NCBI RefSeq assembly: GCF_009914755.1 | Contig: NC_060942.1 | Source of the DNA: the human T2T-CHM13v2.0 reference genome, Homo sapiens | DNA length: 64,000 nucleotides | Strand: one strand, 5' to 3' | Shown here: positions 24,901 to 39,500 of the stretch, piece after piece | How the letters are laid out: each line of letters starts with the position of its first letter | Position numbering within the stretch: the stretch's first letter is position 1 | Made by a program: the position numbers and the translations under genes | The notes under the pieces: generated by a model | Database searches by the model: none | Seen by the model: the letters and a program-made list of their open reading frames with translations, nothing else | Told to the model about the DNA's origin: nothing

Positions 24901-26433
24901 TCTAGACAGAAGCATTCTCAGAAACTTCTTTGGGATGTTTGCATTCAAGTCACAGAGTAGAACATTCCCTTTGGTAGAGCAGGTTTGAAACACTCTTTTT
25001 TTAGTATATGGAAGTGGACTTTTTGATCGCTTTCAGGCCTACGTTGGAAAAGGAAATATCTTCCCATAACAACTAGACAGAAGCATTCTCAGAAACTAGT
25101 TTCTGATGTGTGTCCTCAACTAACACAGTTGAACATTTCTTTAGACAGAACAGTTTGAAACACTCTTTTTGTGGAATCTGCAAGTGGCTATTTGGCTAGA
25201 TTTGAGGATTTCGTTGGAAACGGGATTACATATAAAAAGCAGACAGCAGCATTCTCAGAAAGTTCTTTGTCATGATTGCATTCAAGTCACAGAATTGAAC
25301 ATTCCCTTTCACAGAGCAGGTTTGAAACACTCTTTTTGTAGTGTGTGTAAGTGGACATTTGGAGCGCCTTCCGGCCTAAGGTGAAAAAGGAAATATCTTC
25401 CCATAAAAACTAGACAGAAGCATTCTCAGAAACTTACTCGTGATGTGTGTCCTCAACTAAAGGAGTAGAACCTTTCTTTTCATAGAGAAGTTTTGAAACG
25501 CTCTTTTTGTGGAATCTGCAAGTGGATATTTGGCTAGTTTTGAGGATTTCGTTGGAAGCGGGAATTCATACAAATTGCAGACTGCAGCGTTCTGAGAAAC
25601 ATCTTTGTGATGTTTGTATTCAGGACACAGAGTTGAACATTCCCTATCATAGAGCAGGTTTGAATCACTCCTTTTGTAGTATCTGGAAGTGGACATTTGG
25701 AGCGCTTTCAGGCCTATGTTGGAAAAGGAAATATCTTCCCATAACAACTAGACAGAAGCATTCTCAGAAACTTATTTGAGATGTGTGTACTCAACTAAGA
25801 GAATTGAACCACCGTTTTGAAGGAGCAGTTTTGAAACACTCTTTTTCTGGAATCTGCAAGTGGATATTTGGCTAGCTTTGGGGATTTCGCTGGAAGCGGG
25901 AATACATATAAAAAGCACACAGCAGCGTTCTGAGAAGCTGCTTTCTGATGTTTGCATTCAAGTCAAAAGTTGAACACTCCCTTTCATAGAGCAGTCTTGA
26001 AACACCCCTTTTGTAGTATCTGGAACTGGACTTTTGGAGCGATTTCAGGGCTAAGGTGAAAAAGGAAATATCTTCCCATAAAAACTGGACAGAAGCATTC
26101 TCAGAAACTTGTTTATGCTGTATCTACTCAACTAACAAAGTTGAACCTTTCTTTTGATAGAGCAGTTTTGAAATGGTCTTTTTGTGGAATCTGCAAGTGG
26201 ATATTTGGCTAGTTTTGAGGATTTCGTTGGAAGCGGGAATTCATACAAATTGCAGACTGCAGCGTTCTGAGAAACATCTTTGTGATGTTTGTATTCAGGA
26301 CACAGAGTTGAACATTCCCTATCATAGAGCAGGTTGGAATCACTCCTTTTGTAGTATCTGGAAGTGGACATTTGGAGCGCTTTCAGGCCTATTTTGGAAA
26401 GGGAAATATCTTCCCGTAACAACTATGCAGAAG
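18980..26433 (+). repeat. Two copies of a 3727-bp 22-mer super-unit (12-mer + 10-mer lacking A via an F/A hybrid, with a 1-bp deletion)
   Basis: Starts at 18980 and 22707. F runs directly into B at 21015 and 24742. cagtttgaaa (1-bp deletion) at ~21427 and ~25154. Confidence 0.92.
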
Positions 26434-29400
26434 CATTCTCAGAAACTTGTTTGTGATGTGTGCCCTCTACTGACAGAGTTGAACCTTTCTTTTCATAGAG
26501 CAGTTTTGAAACACTCTTTTTGTAGAATCTGCAAGAGGATATTTGCATAGCTTTGTGGATTTCGTGGGAAACGGGATTGTCTTCAGGTAAAATCTAGACA
26601 GAAGCATTCTCAGAAACTTCTTTGGGATGTTTGCATTCAAGTCACAGAGTAGAACATTCCCTTTGGTAGAGCAGGTTTGAAACACTCTTTTTGTAGTATC
26701 TGGAAGTGGACATTTGGAGCGCTTTCAGGCCTGTGTTGGAAAGGGAAATATCTTCCCGTAACAACTAGGCAGAAGCATTCTCAGAAACTTATTTGAGATG
26801 TGTGTACTCAACTAAGAGAATTGAACCACCGTTTTGAAGGAGCAGTTTTGAAACACTCTTTTTCTGGAATCTGCAAGAGTATATTTGCCTAGCCTTGAGG
26901 ATTTCGTTGGAAACGGGATTGTATTCAGATAAAATCTAGACAGAAGCATTCTCAGAAACTTCTTTGGGATGTTTGCATTCAAGTCACAGAGTAGAACATT
27001 CCCTTTGGTAGAGCAGGTTTGAAACACTCTTTTTTTAGTATATGGAAGTGGACATTTTGATCGCTTTCAGGACTACGTTGGAAAAGGAAATATCTTCCCA
27101 AAACAACTAGACAGAAGCATTCTCAGAAACTAGTTTCTGATGTGTGTCCTCAACTAACACAGTTGAACATTTCTATAGACAGAACAGTTTTGAAACACTC
27201 TTTTTGTGGAATCTGCAAGTGGCTATTTGGCTAGATTTGAGGATTTCGTTGGAAACGGGATTACATATAAAAAGCAGTCAGCAGCATTCTCAGAAAGTTC
27301 TTTGTGATGATTGCATTCAAGTCACAGAATTGAACATTCCCTTTCACAGAGCAGGTTTGAAACACTCTTTTTGTAGTGTGTGTAAGTGGATATTTGGAAC
27401 CCTTACCGGCCTAAGGTGAAAAAGGAAATATCTTCCCATAAAAACTAGACAGAAGCATTCTCAGAAACTTACTCGTGATGTGTGTCCTCAACTAAAGGAG
27501 TAGAACCTTTCTTTTCATAGAGAAGTTTTGAAACGCTCTTTTTGTGGAATCTGCAAGTGGATATTTGGCTAGTTTTGAGGATTTCGTTGGAAGCGGGAAT
27601 TCATACAAATTGCAGACTGCAGCGTTCTGAGAAACATCTTTGTGATGTTTGTATTCAGGACACAGAGTTGAACATTCCCTATCATAGAGCAGGTTTGAAT
27701 CACTCCTTTTGTAGTATCTGGAAGTGGACATTTGGAGCGCTTTCAGGCCTATGTTGGAAAAGGAAATATCTTCCCATAACAACTAGACAGAAGCATTCTC
27801 AGAAACTTATTTGAGATGTGTGTACTCAACTAAGAGAATTGAACCACCGTTTTGAAGGAGCAGTTTTGAAACACTCTTTTTCTGGAATCTGCAAGTGGAT
27901 ATTTGGCTAGCTTTGGGGATTTCGCTGGAAGCGGGAATACATATAAAAAGCACACAGCAGCGTTCTGAGAAACTGCTTTCTGATGTTTGCATTCAAGTCA
28001 AAAGTTGAACACTCCCTTTCATAGAGCAGTCTTGAAACACCCCTTTTGTAGTATCTGGAACTGGACTTTTGGAGCGATTTCAGGGCTAAGGTGAAAAAGG
28101 AAATATCTTCCCATAAAAACTGGACAGAAGCATTCTCAGAAACTTGTTTATGCTGTATCTACTCAACTAACAAAGTTGAACCTTTCTTTTGATAGAGCAG
28201 TTTTGAAATGGTCTTTTTGTGGAATCTGCAAGTGGATATTTGGCTAGTTTTGAGGATTTCGTTGGAAGCGGGAATTCATACAAATTGCAGACTGCAGCGT
28301 TCTGAGAAACATCTTTGTGATGTTTGTATTCAGGACACAGAGTTGAACATTCCCTATCATAGAGCAGGTTGTAATCACTCCTTTTGTAGTATCTGGAAGT
28401 GGACATTTGGAGCGCTTTCAGGCCTATTTTGGAAAGGGAAATATCTTCCCGTAACAACTATGCAGAAGCATTCTCAGAAACTTGTTTGTGATGTGTGCCC
28501 TCTACTGACAGAGTTGAACCTTTCTTTTCATAGAGCAGTTTTGAAACACTCTTTTTGTAGAATCTGCAAGAGGATATTTGCATAGCTTTGAGGATTTCGT
28601 GGGAAACGGGATTGTCTTCAGGTAAAATCTAGACAGAAGCATTCTCAGAAACTTCTTTGGGATGTTTGCATTCAAGTCACAGAGTAGAACATTCCCTTTG
28701 GTAGAGCAGGTTTGAAACACTCTTTTTGTAGTATCTGGAAGTGGACATTTGGAGCGCTTTCAGGCCTATGTTGGAAAGGGAAATATCTTCCCGTAACAAC
28801 TAGGCAGAAGCATTCTCAGAAACTTATTTGAGATGTGTGTACTCAACTAAGAGAATTGAACCACCGTTTTGAAGGAGCAGTTTTGAAACACTCTTTTTCT
28901 GGAATCTGCAAGAGTATATTTGCCTAGCCTTGAGGATTTCGTTGGAAACGGGATTGTATTCAGATAAAATCTAGACAGAAGCATTCTCAGAAACTTCTTT
29001 GGGATGTTTGCATTCAAGTCACAGAGTAGAACATTCCCTTTGGTAGAGCAGGTTTGAAACACTCTTTTTTTAGTATATGGAAGTGGACATTTTGATCGCT
29101 TTCAGGCCTACGTTGGAAAAGGAAATATCTTCCCATAACAACTAGACAGAAGCATTCTCAGAAACTAGTTTCTGATGTGTGTCCTCAACTAACACAGTTG
29201 AACATTTCTATAGACAGAACAGTTTTGAAACACTCTTTTTGTGGAATCTGCAAGTGGCTATTTGGCTAGATTTGAGGATTTCGTTGGAAACGGGATTACA
29301 TATAAAAAGCAGTCAGCAGCATTCTCAGAAAGTTCTTTGTGATGATTGCATTCAAGTCACAGAATTGAACATTCCCTTTCACAGAGCAGGTTTGAAACAC

Positions 29401-30503
29401 TCTTTTTGTAGTGTGTGTAAGTGGACATTTGGAACCCTTACCGGCCTAAGGTGAAAAAGGAAATATCTTCCCATAAAAACTAGACAGAAGCATTCTCAGA
29501 AACTTACTCGTGATGTGTGTCCTCAACTAAAGGAGTAGAACCTTTCTTTTCATAGAGAAGTTTTGAAACGCTCTTTTTGTGGAATCTGCAAGTGGATATT
29601 TGGCTAGTTTTGAGGATTTCGTTGGAAGCGGGAATTCATACAAATTGCAGACTGCAGCGTTCTGAGAAACATCTTTGTGATGTTTGTATTCAGGACACAG
29701 AGTTGAACATTCCCTATCATAGAGCAGGTTTGAATCACTCCTTTTGTAGTATCTGGAAGTGGACATTTGGAGCACTTTCAGGCCTATGTTGGAAAAGGAA
29801 ATATCTTCCCATAACAACTAGACAGAAGCATTCTCAGAAACTTATTTGAGAAGTGTGTACTCAACTAAGAGAATTGAACCACCGTTTTGAAGGAGCAGTT
29901 TTGAAACACTCTTTTTCTGGAATCTGCAATTGGATATTTGGCTAGCTTTGGGGATTTCGCTGGAAGCGGGAATACATATAAAAAGCACACAGCAGCGTTC
30001 TGAGAAACTGCTTTCTGATGTTTGCATTCAAGTCAAAAGTTGAACACTCCCTTTCATAGAGCAGTCCTGAAACACTCCTTTTGTAGTATCTGGAACTGGA
30101 CTTTTGGAGCGCTTTCAGGGCTAAGGTGAAAAAGGAAATATCTTCCCATAAAAACTGGACAGAAGCATTCTCAGAAACTTGTTTATGCTGTATCTACTCT
30201 ACTAACAAAGTTGAAGCTTTCTTTTGATAGAGCAGTTTTGAAATGCTCTTTTTGTGGAATCTGCAAGTGGATATTTGGCTAGATTTGAGGATTTCGTTGG
30301 AAGCTGGAATTCATACAAATTGCAGACTGCAGCGTTCTGAGAAACATCTTTGTGATGTTTGTATTCAGGACACAGAGTTGAACATTCCCTATCATAGAGC
30401 AGGTTGGAATCACTCCTTTTGTAGTATCTGGAAGTGGACATTTGGAGCGCTTTCAGGCCTATGTTGAAAAAGGAAATATCTTCCCATAACAACTAGACAC
30501 AAG
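26434..30503 (+). repeat. Two 12-mer HOR copies (2035 bp each)
   Basis: Starts at 26434 and 28469. Shared SNVs gattgtattcag, tttctatagac and ggaacccttacc. Confidence 0.92.
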
Positions 30504-33500
30504 CGTTCTCAGAAACTTGTTTGTGATGTGTGCCCTCTACTGACAGAGTTGAACCTTTCTTTTCTTAGAGCAGTTTTGAAACACTCTTTTTGTAGAATCT
30601 GCAAGAGGATATTTGCATAGATTTGAGGATTTCGTGGGAAACGGGATTGTCTTCAGGTAAAATCTAGACAGAAGCATTCTCAGAAACTTCTTTGAGATGT
30701 TTGCATTCAAGTCACAGAGTAGAACATTCCCTTTGGTAGAGCAGGTTTCAAACACTCTTTTTGTAGTATCTGGAAGTGGACATTTGGAGCGCTTTCAGGC
30801 CTATGTTGGAAAGGGAAATATCTTCCCGTAACAACAAGGCAGAAGCATTCTCAGAAACTTATTTGAGATGTGTGTACTCACCTAAGAGAATTGAACCACC
30901 GTTTTGAAGGAGCAGTTTTGAAACACTCTTTTTCTGGAATCTGCAAGAGGATATTTGCCTAGCCTTGAGGATTTCGTTGGAAACGGGATTGTCTTCAGAT
31001 CAAATCTAGACAGAAGCATTCTCAGAAACTTCTTTGGGATGTTTGCATTCAAGTCACAGAGTAGAACATTCCCTTTGGTAGAGCAGGTTTGAAACACTCT
31101 TTTTTTCGTATATGGAAGTGGACATTTGGAGCGCTTTCAGGCCTACGTTGGAAAAGGAAATATCTTCCCATAACAACTAGACAGAAGCATTCTCAGAAAC
31201 TAGTTTCTGATGTGTGTCCTCAACTAACACAGTTGAACATTTCTTTAGACAGAACAGTTTTGAAACACTCTTTTTGTGGAATCTGCAAGTGGCTATTTGG
31301 CTAGATTTGAGGATTTCGTTGGAATCGGGATTACATATAAAAAGCAGACAGCAGCATTCTCAGAAAGTTCTTTGTGATGATTGCATTCAAGTCACAGAAT
31401 TGAACATTCCCTTTCACAGAGCAGGTTTGAAACACTCTTTTTGTAGTGTGTGTAAGTGGACATTTGGAGCACTTTCCGGCCTAAGGTGAAAAAGGAAATA
31501 TCTTCCCTTAAAAACTAGACAGAAGCATTCTCAGAAACTTACTCGTGATGTGTGTCCTCAACTAAAGGAGTAGAACCTTTCTTTTCATAGAGAAGTTTTG
31601 AAACGCTCTTTTTGTGGAATCTGCAAGTGGATATTTGGCTAGTTTTGAGGATTTCGTTGGAAGCTGGAATTCATACAAATTGCAGACTGCAGCGTTCTGA
31701 GAAACATCTTTGTGATGTTTGTATTCAGGACACAGAGTTGAACATTCCCTATCATAGAGCAGGTTGGAATCACTCCTTTTGTAGTATCTGGAAGTGGACA
31801 TTTGGAGTGCTTTCAAGCCTATGTTGAAAAAGGAAATATCTTCCCATAACAACTAGACACAAGCATTCTCAGAAACTTGTTTGTGATGTGTGCCCTCTAC
31901 TGACAGAGTTGAACCTTTCTTTTCATAGAGCAGTTTTGAAACACTCTTTTTGTAGAATCTGCAAGAGGATATTTGCATAGCTTTGAGGATTTCGTGGGAA
32001 ACGGGATTGTCGTCAGGAAAAATCTAGACAGAAGCATTCTCAGAAACTTCTTTGGGATGTTTGCATTCAAGTCACAGAGTAGAACATTCCCTTTGGTAGA
32101 GCAGGTTTGAAACACTCTTTTTGTAGTATCTGGAAGTGGACATTTGGAGCGCTTTCAGGCCTATGTTGGAAAGGGAAATATCTTCCCGTAACAACTAGGC
32201 AGAAGCATTCTCAGAAACTTATTTGAGATGTGTGTACTCAACTAACAGAATTGAACCACCGTTTTGAAGGAGCAGTTTTGAAACACTCTTTTTCTGGAAT
32301 CTGCAAGAGGATATTTGCCTAGCCTTGAGGATTTCGTTGGAAACGGGATTGTCTTCAGATAAAATCTAGACAGAAGCATTCTCAGAAACTTCTTTGGGAT
32401 GTTTGCATTCAAGTCACAGAGTAGAACATTCCCTTTGGTAGAGCAGGTTTGAAACACTCTTTTTTTAGTATATGGAAGTGGACATTTGGAGCGCTTTCAG
32501 GCCTACGTTGGAAAAGGAAATATCTTCCCATAACAACTAGACAGAAGCATTCTCAGAAACTAGTTTCTGATGTGTGTCCTCAACTAACACAGTTGAACAT
32601 TTCTTTAGACAGAACAGTTTTGAAACACTCTTTTTGTGGAATCTGCAAGTGGCTATTTTGCTAGATTTGAGGATTTCGTTGGAAACGGGATTACATATAA
32701 AAAGCAGACAGCAGCATTCTCAGAAAGTTCTTTGTGATGATTGCATTCAAGTCACAGAATTGAACATTCCCTTTCACAGAGCAGGTTTGAAACACTCTTT
32801 TTGTAGTGTGTGTAAGTGGACATTTGGAGCACTTTCCGGCCTAAGGTGAACAAGGAAATATCTTCCCATAAAAACTAGACAGAAGCATTCTCAGAAACTT
32901 ACTCGTGATGTGTGTCCTCAACTAAAGGAGTAGAACCTTTCTTTTCATAGAGAAGTTTTGAAACGCTCTTTTTGTGGAATCTGCAAGTGGATATTTGGCT
33001 AGTTTTGAGGATTTCGTTGGAAGCGGGAATTCATACAAATTGCAGCCTGCAGCGTTCTGAGAAACATCTTTGTGATGTTTGTATTCAGGACATAGAGTTG
33101 AACATTCCCTATCATAGAGCAGGTTGGAATCACTCCTTTTGTAGTATCTGGAAGTGGACATTTGGAGCGCTTTCAGGCCTATGTTGAAAAAGGAAATATC
33201 TTCCCATAACAACTAGACACAAGCATTCTCAGAAACTTATTTGAGATGTGTGTACTCAACTAAGAGAATTGAACCACCGTTTTTAAGGAGCAGTTTTGAA
33301 ACACTCTTTTTCTGGAATCTGCAAGTGGATATTTGGCTAGCTTTGGGGATTTCGCTGGAAGCGGGAATACATATAAAAAGCACACAGCAGCGTTCTGAGA
33401 AACTTCTTTCTGATGTTTGCATTCAAGTCAAAAGTTGAACACTCCCTTTCATAGAGCAGTCCTGAAACACTCCTTTTGTAGTATCTGGAACTGGACTTTT

Positions 33501-36500
33501 GGAGCGCTTTCAGGGCTAAGGTGAAAAAGGAAATATCTTCCCATAAAAACTGGACAGAAGCATTCTCAGAAACTTGTTTATGCTGTATCTACTCTACTAA
33601 CAAAGTTGAACCTTTCTTTTGATAGAGCAGTTTTGAAATGCTCTTTTTGTGGAATCTGCAAGTGGATATTTGGCTAGATTTGAGGATTTCGTTGGAAGCG
33701 GGAATTCATACAAATTGCAGACTGCAGCGTTCTGAGAAACATCTTTGTGATGTTTGTATTCAGGACACAGAGTTGAACATTCCCTATCATAGAGCAGGTT
33801 GGAATCACTCCTTTTGTAGTATCTGGAAGTGGACATTTGGAGCGCTTTCAGGCCTATGTTGAAAAAGGAAATATCTTCCCATAACAACTAGACACAAGCA
33901 TTCTCAGAAACTTGTTTGTGATGTGTGCCCTCTACTGACAGAGTTGAACCTTTCTTTTCATAGAGCAGTTTTGAAACACTCTTTTTGTAGAATCTGCAAG
34001 AGGATATTTGCATAGCTTTGAGGATTTCGTGGGAAACGGGATTGTCTTCAGGTAAAATCTAGACAGAAGCATTCTCAGAAACTTCTTTGGGATGTTTGCA
34101 TTCAAGTCACAGAGTAGAACATTCCGTTTGGTAGAGCAGGTTTGAAACACTCTTTTTGTAGTATCTGGAAGTGGACATTTGGAGCGCTTTCAGGCCTATG
34201 TTGGAAAGGGAAATATCTTCCCTTAACAACTAGGCAGAAGCATTCTCAGAAACTTATTTGAGATGTGTGTACTCAACTAAGAGAATTGAACCACCGTTTT
34301 GAAGGACCAGTTTTGAAACACTCTTTTTCTGGAATCTGCAAGAGTATATTTGCCTAGCTTTGAGGATTTCGTTGGAAACGGGATTGTCTTCAGATCAAAT
34401 CTAGACAGAAGCATTCTCAGAAACTTCTTTGGGATGTTTGCATTCAAGTCACAGAGTAGAAGATTCCCTTTGGTAGAGCAGGTTTGAAACACTCTTTTTT
34501 TCGTATATGGAAGTGGACACTTGGAGCGCTTTCAGGCCTACGTTGGAAAAGGAAATATCTTCCCATAACAACTAGACAGAAGCATTCTCAGAAACTTATT
34601 TGAGATGTGTGTACTCAACTAAGAGAATTGAACCACCGTTTTGAAGGAGCAGTTTTGAAACACTCTTTTTCTGGAATCTGCAAGTGGATATTTAGCTAGA
34701 TATGAGGATTTCGTTGGAAACGGGATTATATACACAAAGCAGACAGCAGCAGTCTCAGAAAGTTCTTTGTGATGATTGCATTCAAGTCACAGAATTGAAC
34801 ATTCCCTTTCACAGAGCAGGTTTGAAACACTCTTTTTGTAGTGTGTGTAAGTGGACATTTGGAGCACTTACCGGCCTAAGGTGAAAAAGGAAATATCTTC
34901 CCATAAAAACTAGACAGAAGCATTCTCAGAAACTTACTCGTGATGTGTGTCCTCAACTAAAGGAGTAGAACCTTTCTTTTCATAGAGAAGTTTTGAAACG
35001 CTCTTTTTGTGGAATCTGCAAGTGGGTATTTGGCTAGTTTTGAGGATTTCGTTGGAAGCGGGAATTCATACAAATTGCAGACTGCAGCGTTCTGAGAAAC
35101 ATCTTTGTGATGTTTGTATTCAGGACACAGAGTTGAACATTCCCTATCATAGAGCAGGTTTGAATCACTCCTTTTGTAGTATCTGGAAGTGGACATTTGG
35201 AGCACTTTCAGGACTATGTTGGAAAAGGAAATATCTTCCCATAACAACTAGACAGAAGCATTCTCAGAAACTTATTTGAGATGTGTGTACTCAACTAAGA
35301 GAATTGAACCACCGTTTTGAAGGAGCAGTTTTGAAACACTCTTTTTCTGTAATCTGCAAGTGGATATTTGGCTAGCTTTGGGGATTTCGCTGGAAGCGGG
35401 AATACATATAAAAAGCACACAGCAGCGTTCTGAGAAACTGCTTTCTGATGTTTGCATTCAAGTCAAAAGTTGAACACTCCCTTTCATAGAGTAGTCTTGA
35501 AACACCCCTTTTGTAGTATCTGGAACTGGACTTTTGGAGCGATTTCAGGGCTAAGGTGAAAAAGGAAATATCTTCCCATAAAAACTGGACAGAAGCATTC
35601 TCAGAAACTTGTTTATGCTGTATCTACTCAACTAACAAAGTTGAACCTTTCTTTTGATAGAGCAGTTTTGAAATGGTCTTTTTGTGGAATCTGCAAGTGG
35701 ATATTTGGCTAGTTTTGAGGATTTCGTTGGAAGCGGGAATTCATACAAATTGCAGACTGCAGCGTTCTGAGAAACATCTTTGTGATGTTTGTATTCAGGA
35801 CACAGAGTTGAACATTCCCTATCATAGAGCAGGTTGGAATCACTCCTTTTGTAGTATCTGGAAGTGGACATTTGGAGCGCTTTCAGGCCTATTTTGGAAA
35901 GGGAAATATCTTCCCGTAACAACTATGCAGAAGCATTCTCAGAAACTTGTTTGTGATGTGTGCCCTCTACTGACAGAGTTGAACCTTTCTTTTCATAGAG
36001 CAGTTTTGAAACACTCTTTTTGTAGAATCTGCAAGAGGATATTTGCATAGCTTTGAGGATTTCGTGGGAAACGGGATTGTCGTCAGGAAAAATCTAGACA
36101 GAAGCATTCTCAGAAACTTCTTTGGGATGTTTGCATTCAAGTCACAGAGTAGAACATTCCCTTTGGTAGAGCAGGTTTGAAACACTCTTTTTGTAGTATC
36201 TGGAAGTGGACATTTGGAGCGCTTTCAGGCCTATGTTGGAAAGGGAAATATCTTCCCGTAACAACTAGGCAGAAGCATTCTCAGAAACTTATTTGAGATG
36301 TGTGTACTCAACTAAGAGAATTGAACCACCGTTTTGAAGGAGCAGTTTTGAAACACTCTTTTTCTGGAATCTGCAAGAGTATATTTGCCTAGCCTTGAGG
36401 ATTTCGTTGGAAACGGGATTGTATTCAGATAAAATCTAGACAGAAGCATTCTCAGAAACTTCTTTGGGATGTTTGCATTCAAGTCACAGAGTAGAACATT

Positions 36501-39500
36501 CCCTTTGGTAGAGCAGGTTTGAAACACTCTTTTTTTAGTATATGGAAGTGGACATTTTGATCGCTTTCAGGCCTACGTTGGAAAAGGAAATATCTTCCCA
36601 TAACAACTAGACAGAAGCATTCTCAGAAACTAGTTTCTGATGTGTGTCCTCAACTAACACAGTTGAACATTTCTATAGACAGAACAGTTTTGAAACACTC
36701 TTTTTGTGGAATCTGCAAGTGGCTATTTGGCTAGATTTGAGGATTTCGTTGGAAACGGGATTACATATAAAAAGCAGTCAGCAGCATTCTCAGAAAGTTC
36801 TTTGTGATGATTGCATTCAAGTCACAGAATTGAACATTCCCTTTCACAGAGCAGGTTTGAAACACTCTTTTTGTAGTGTGTGTAAGTGGACATTTGGAGC
36901 ACTTTCCGGCCTAACGTGAAAAAGGAAATATCTTCCCTTAAAAACTAGACAGAAGCATTCTCAGAAACTTACTCGTGATGTGTGTCCTCAACTAAAGGAG
37001 TAGAACCTTTCTTTTCATAGAGAAGTTTTGAAACGCTCTTTTTGTGGAATCTGCAAGTGGATATTTGGCTAGTTTTGAGGATTTCGTTGGAAGCGGGAAT
37101 TCATACAAATTGCAGACTGCAGCGTTCTGAGAAACATCTTTGTGATGTTTGTATTCAGGACACAGAGTTGAACATTCCCTATCATAGAGCAGGTTTGAAT
37201 CACTCCTTTTGTAGTATCTGGAAGTGGACATTTGGAGCACTTTCAGGCCTATGTTGGAAAAGGAAATATCTTCCCATAACAACTAGACAGAAGCATTCTC
37301 AGAAACTTATTTGAGAAGTGTGTACTCAACTAAGAGAATTGAACCACCGTTTTGAAGGAGCAGTTTTGAAACACTCTTTTTCTGGAATCTGCAATTGGAT
37401 ATTTGGCTAGCTTTGGGGATTTCGCTGGAAGCGGGAATACATATAAAAAGCACACAGCAGCGTTCTGAGAAACTGCTTTCTGATGTTTGCATTCAAGTCA
37501 AAAGTTGAACACTCCCTTTCATAGAGCAGTCCTGAAACACTCCTTTTGTAGTATCTGGAACTGGACTTTTGGAGCGCTTTCAGGGCTAAGGTGAAAAAGG
37601 AAATATCTTCCCATAAAAACTGGACAGAAGCATTCTCAGAAACTTGTTTATGCTGTATCTACTCTGCTAACAAAGTTGAAGCTTTCTTTTGATAGAGCAG
37701 TTTTGAAATGCTCTTTTTGTGGAATCTGCAAGTGGATATTTGGCTAGATTTGAGGATTTCGTTGGAAGCTGGAATTCATACAAATTGCAGACTGCAGCGT
37801 TCTGAGAAACATCTTTGTGATGTTTGTATTCAGGACACAGAGTTGAACATTCCCTATCATAGAGCAGGTTGGAATCACTCCTTTTGTAGTATCTGGAAGT
37901 GGACATTTGGAGCGCTTTCAGGCCTATGTTGAAAAAGGAAATATCTTCCCATAACAACTAGACACAAGCGTTCTCAGAAACTTGTTTGTGATGTGTGCCC
38001 TCTACTGACAGAGTTGAACCTTTCTTTTCATAGAGCAGTTTTGAAACACTCTTTTTGTAGAATCTGCAAGAGGATATTTGCATAGCTTCGAGGATTTCGT
38101 GGGAAACGGGATTGTCTTCAGGTAAAATCTAGACAGAAGCATTCTCAGAAACTTCTTTGAGATGTTTGCATTCAAGTCACAGAGTAGAACATTCCCTTTG
38201 GTAGAGCAGGTTTCAAACACTCTTTTTGTAGTATCTGGAAGTGGACATTTGGAGCGCTTTAAGGCCTATGTTGGAAAGGGAAATATCTTCCCGTAACAAC
38301 AAGGCAGAAGCATTCTCAGAAACTTATTTGAGATGTGTGTACTCAACTAAGAGAATTGAACCACCGTTTTGAAGGAGCAGTTTTGAAACACTCTTTTTCT
38401 GGAATCTGCAAGAGGATATTTGCCTAGCCTTGAGGATTTCGTTGGAAACGGGATTGTCTTCAGATCAAATCTAGACAGAAGCATTCTCAGAAACTTCTTT
38501 GGGATGTTTGCATTCAAGTCACAGAGTAGAACATTCCCTTTGGTAGAGCAGGTTTGAAACACTCTTTTTTTAGTATATGGAAGTGGACATTTGGAGCGCT
38601 TTCAGGCCTACGTTGGAAAAGGAAATATCTTCCCATAACAACTAGACAGAAGCATTCTCAGAAACTAGTTTCTGATGTGTGTCCTCAACTAACACAGTTG
38701 AACATTTCTTTAGACAGAACAGTTTTGAAATACTCTTTTTGTGGAATCTGCAAGTGGCTATTTGGCTAGATTTGAGGATTTCGTTGGAAACGGGATTACA
38801 TATAAAAAGCAGACAGCAGCATTCTCAGAAAGTTCTTTGTGATGATTGCATTCAAGTCACAGAATTGAACATTCCCTTTCACAGAGCAGGTTTGAAACAC
38901 TCTTTTTGTAGTGTGTGTAAGTGGACATTTGGAGCACTTTCCGGCCTAAGGTGAAAAAGGAAATATCTTCCCTTAAAAACTAGACAGAAGCATTCTCAGA
39001 AACTTACTCGTGATGTGTGTCCTCAACTAAAGGAGTAGAACCTTTCTTTTCATAGAGAAGTTTTGAAACGCTCTTTTTGTGGAATCTGCAAGTGGATATT
39101 TGGCTAGTTTTGAGGATTTCGTTGGAAGCTGGAATTCATACAAATTGCAGACTGCAGCGTTCTGAGAAACATCTTTGTGATGTTTGTATTCAGGACAGAG
39201 AGTTGAACATTCCCTATCATAGAGCAGGTTGGAATCACTCCTTTTGTAGTATCTGGAAGTGGACATTTGGAGTGCTTTCAAGCCTATGTTGAAAAAGGAA
39301 ATATCTTCCCATAACAACTAGACACAAGCATTCTCAGAAACTTGTTTGTGATGTGTGCCCTCTACTGACAGAGTTGAACCTTTCTTTTCATAGAGCAGTT
39401 TTGAAACACTCTTTTTGTAGAATCTGCAAGAGGATATTTGCATAGCTTTGAGGATTTCGTGGGAAACGGGATTGTCGTCAGGAAAAATCTAGACAGAAGC

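Noticed and set aside
2468-31330. Apparent CENP-B box mutations at ~2468 (ttcgttgaaagcggg), ~1450 (gcgggt) and ~31314 (ggaatcggg)
   Set aside because: The changes fall outside the nine essential positions, so they are not counted as losses.
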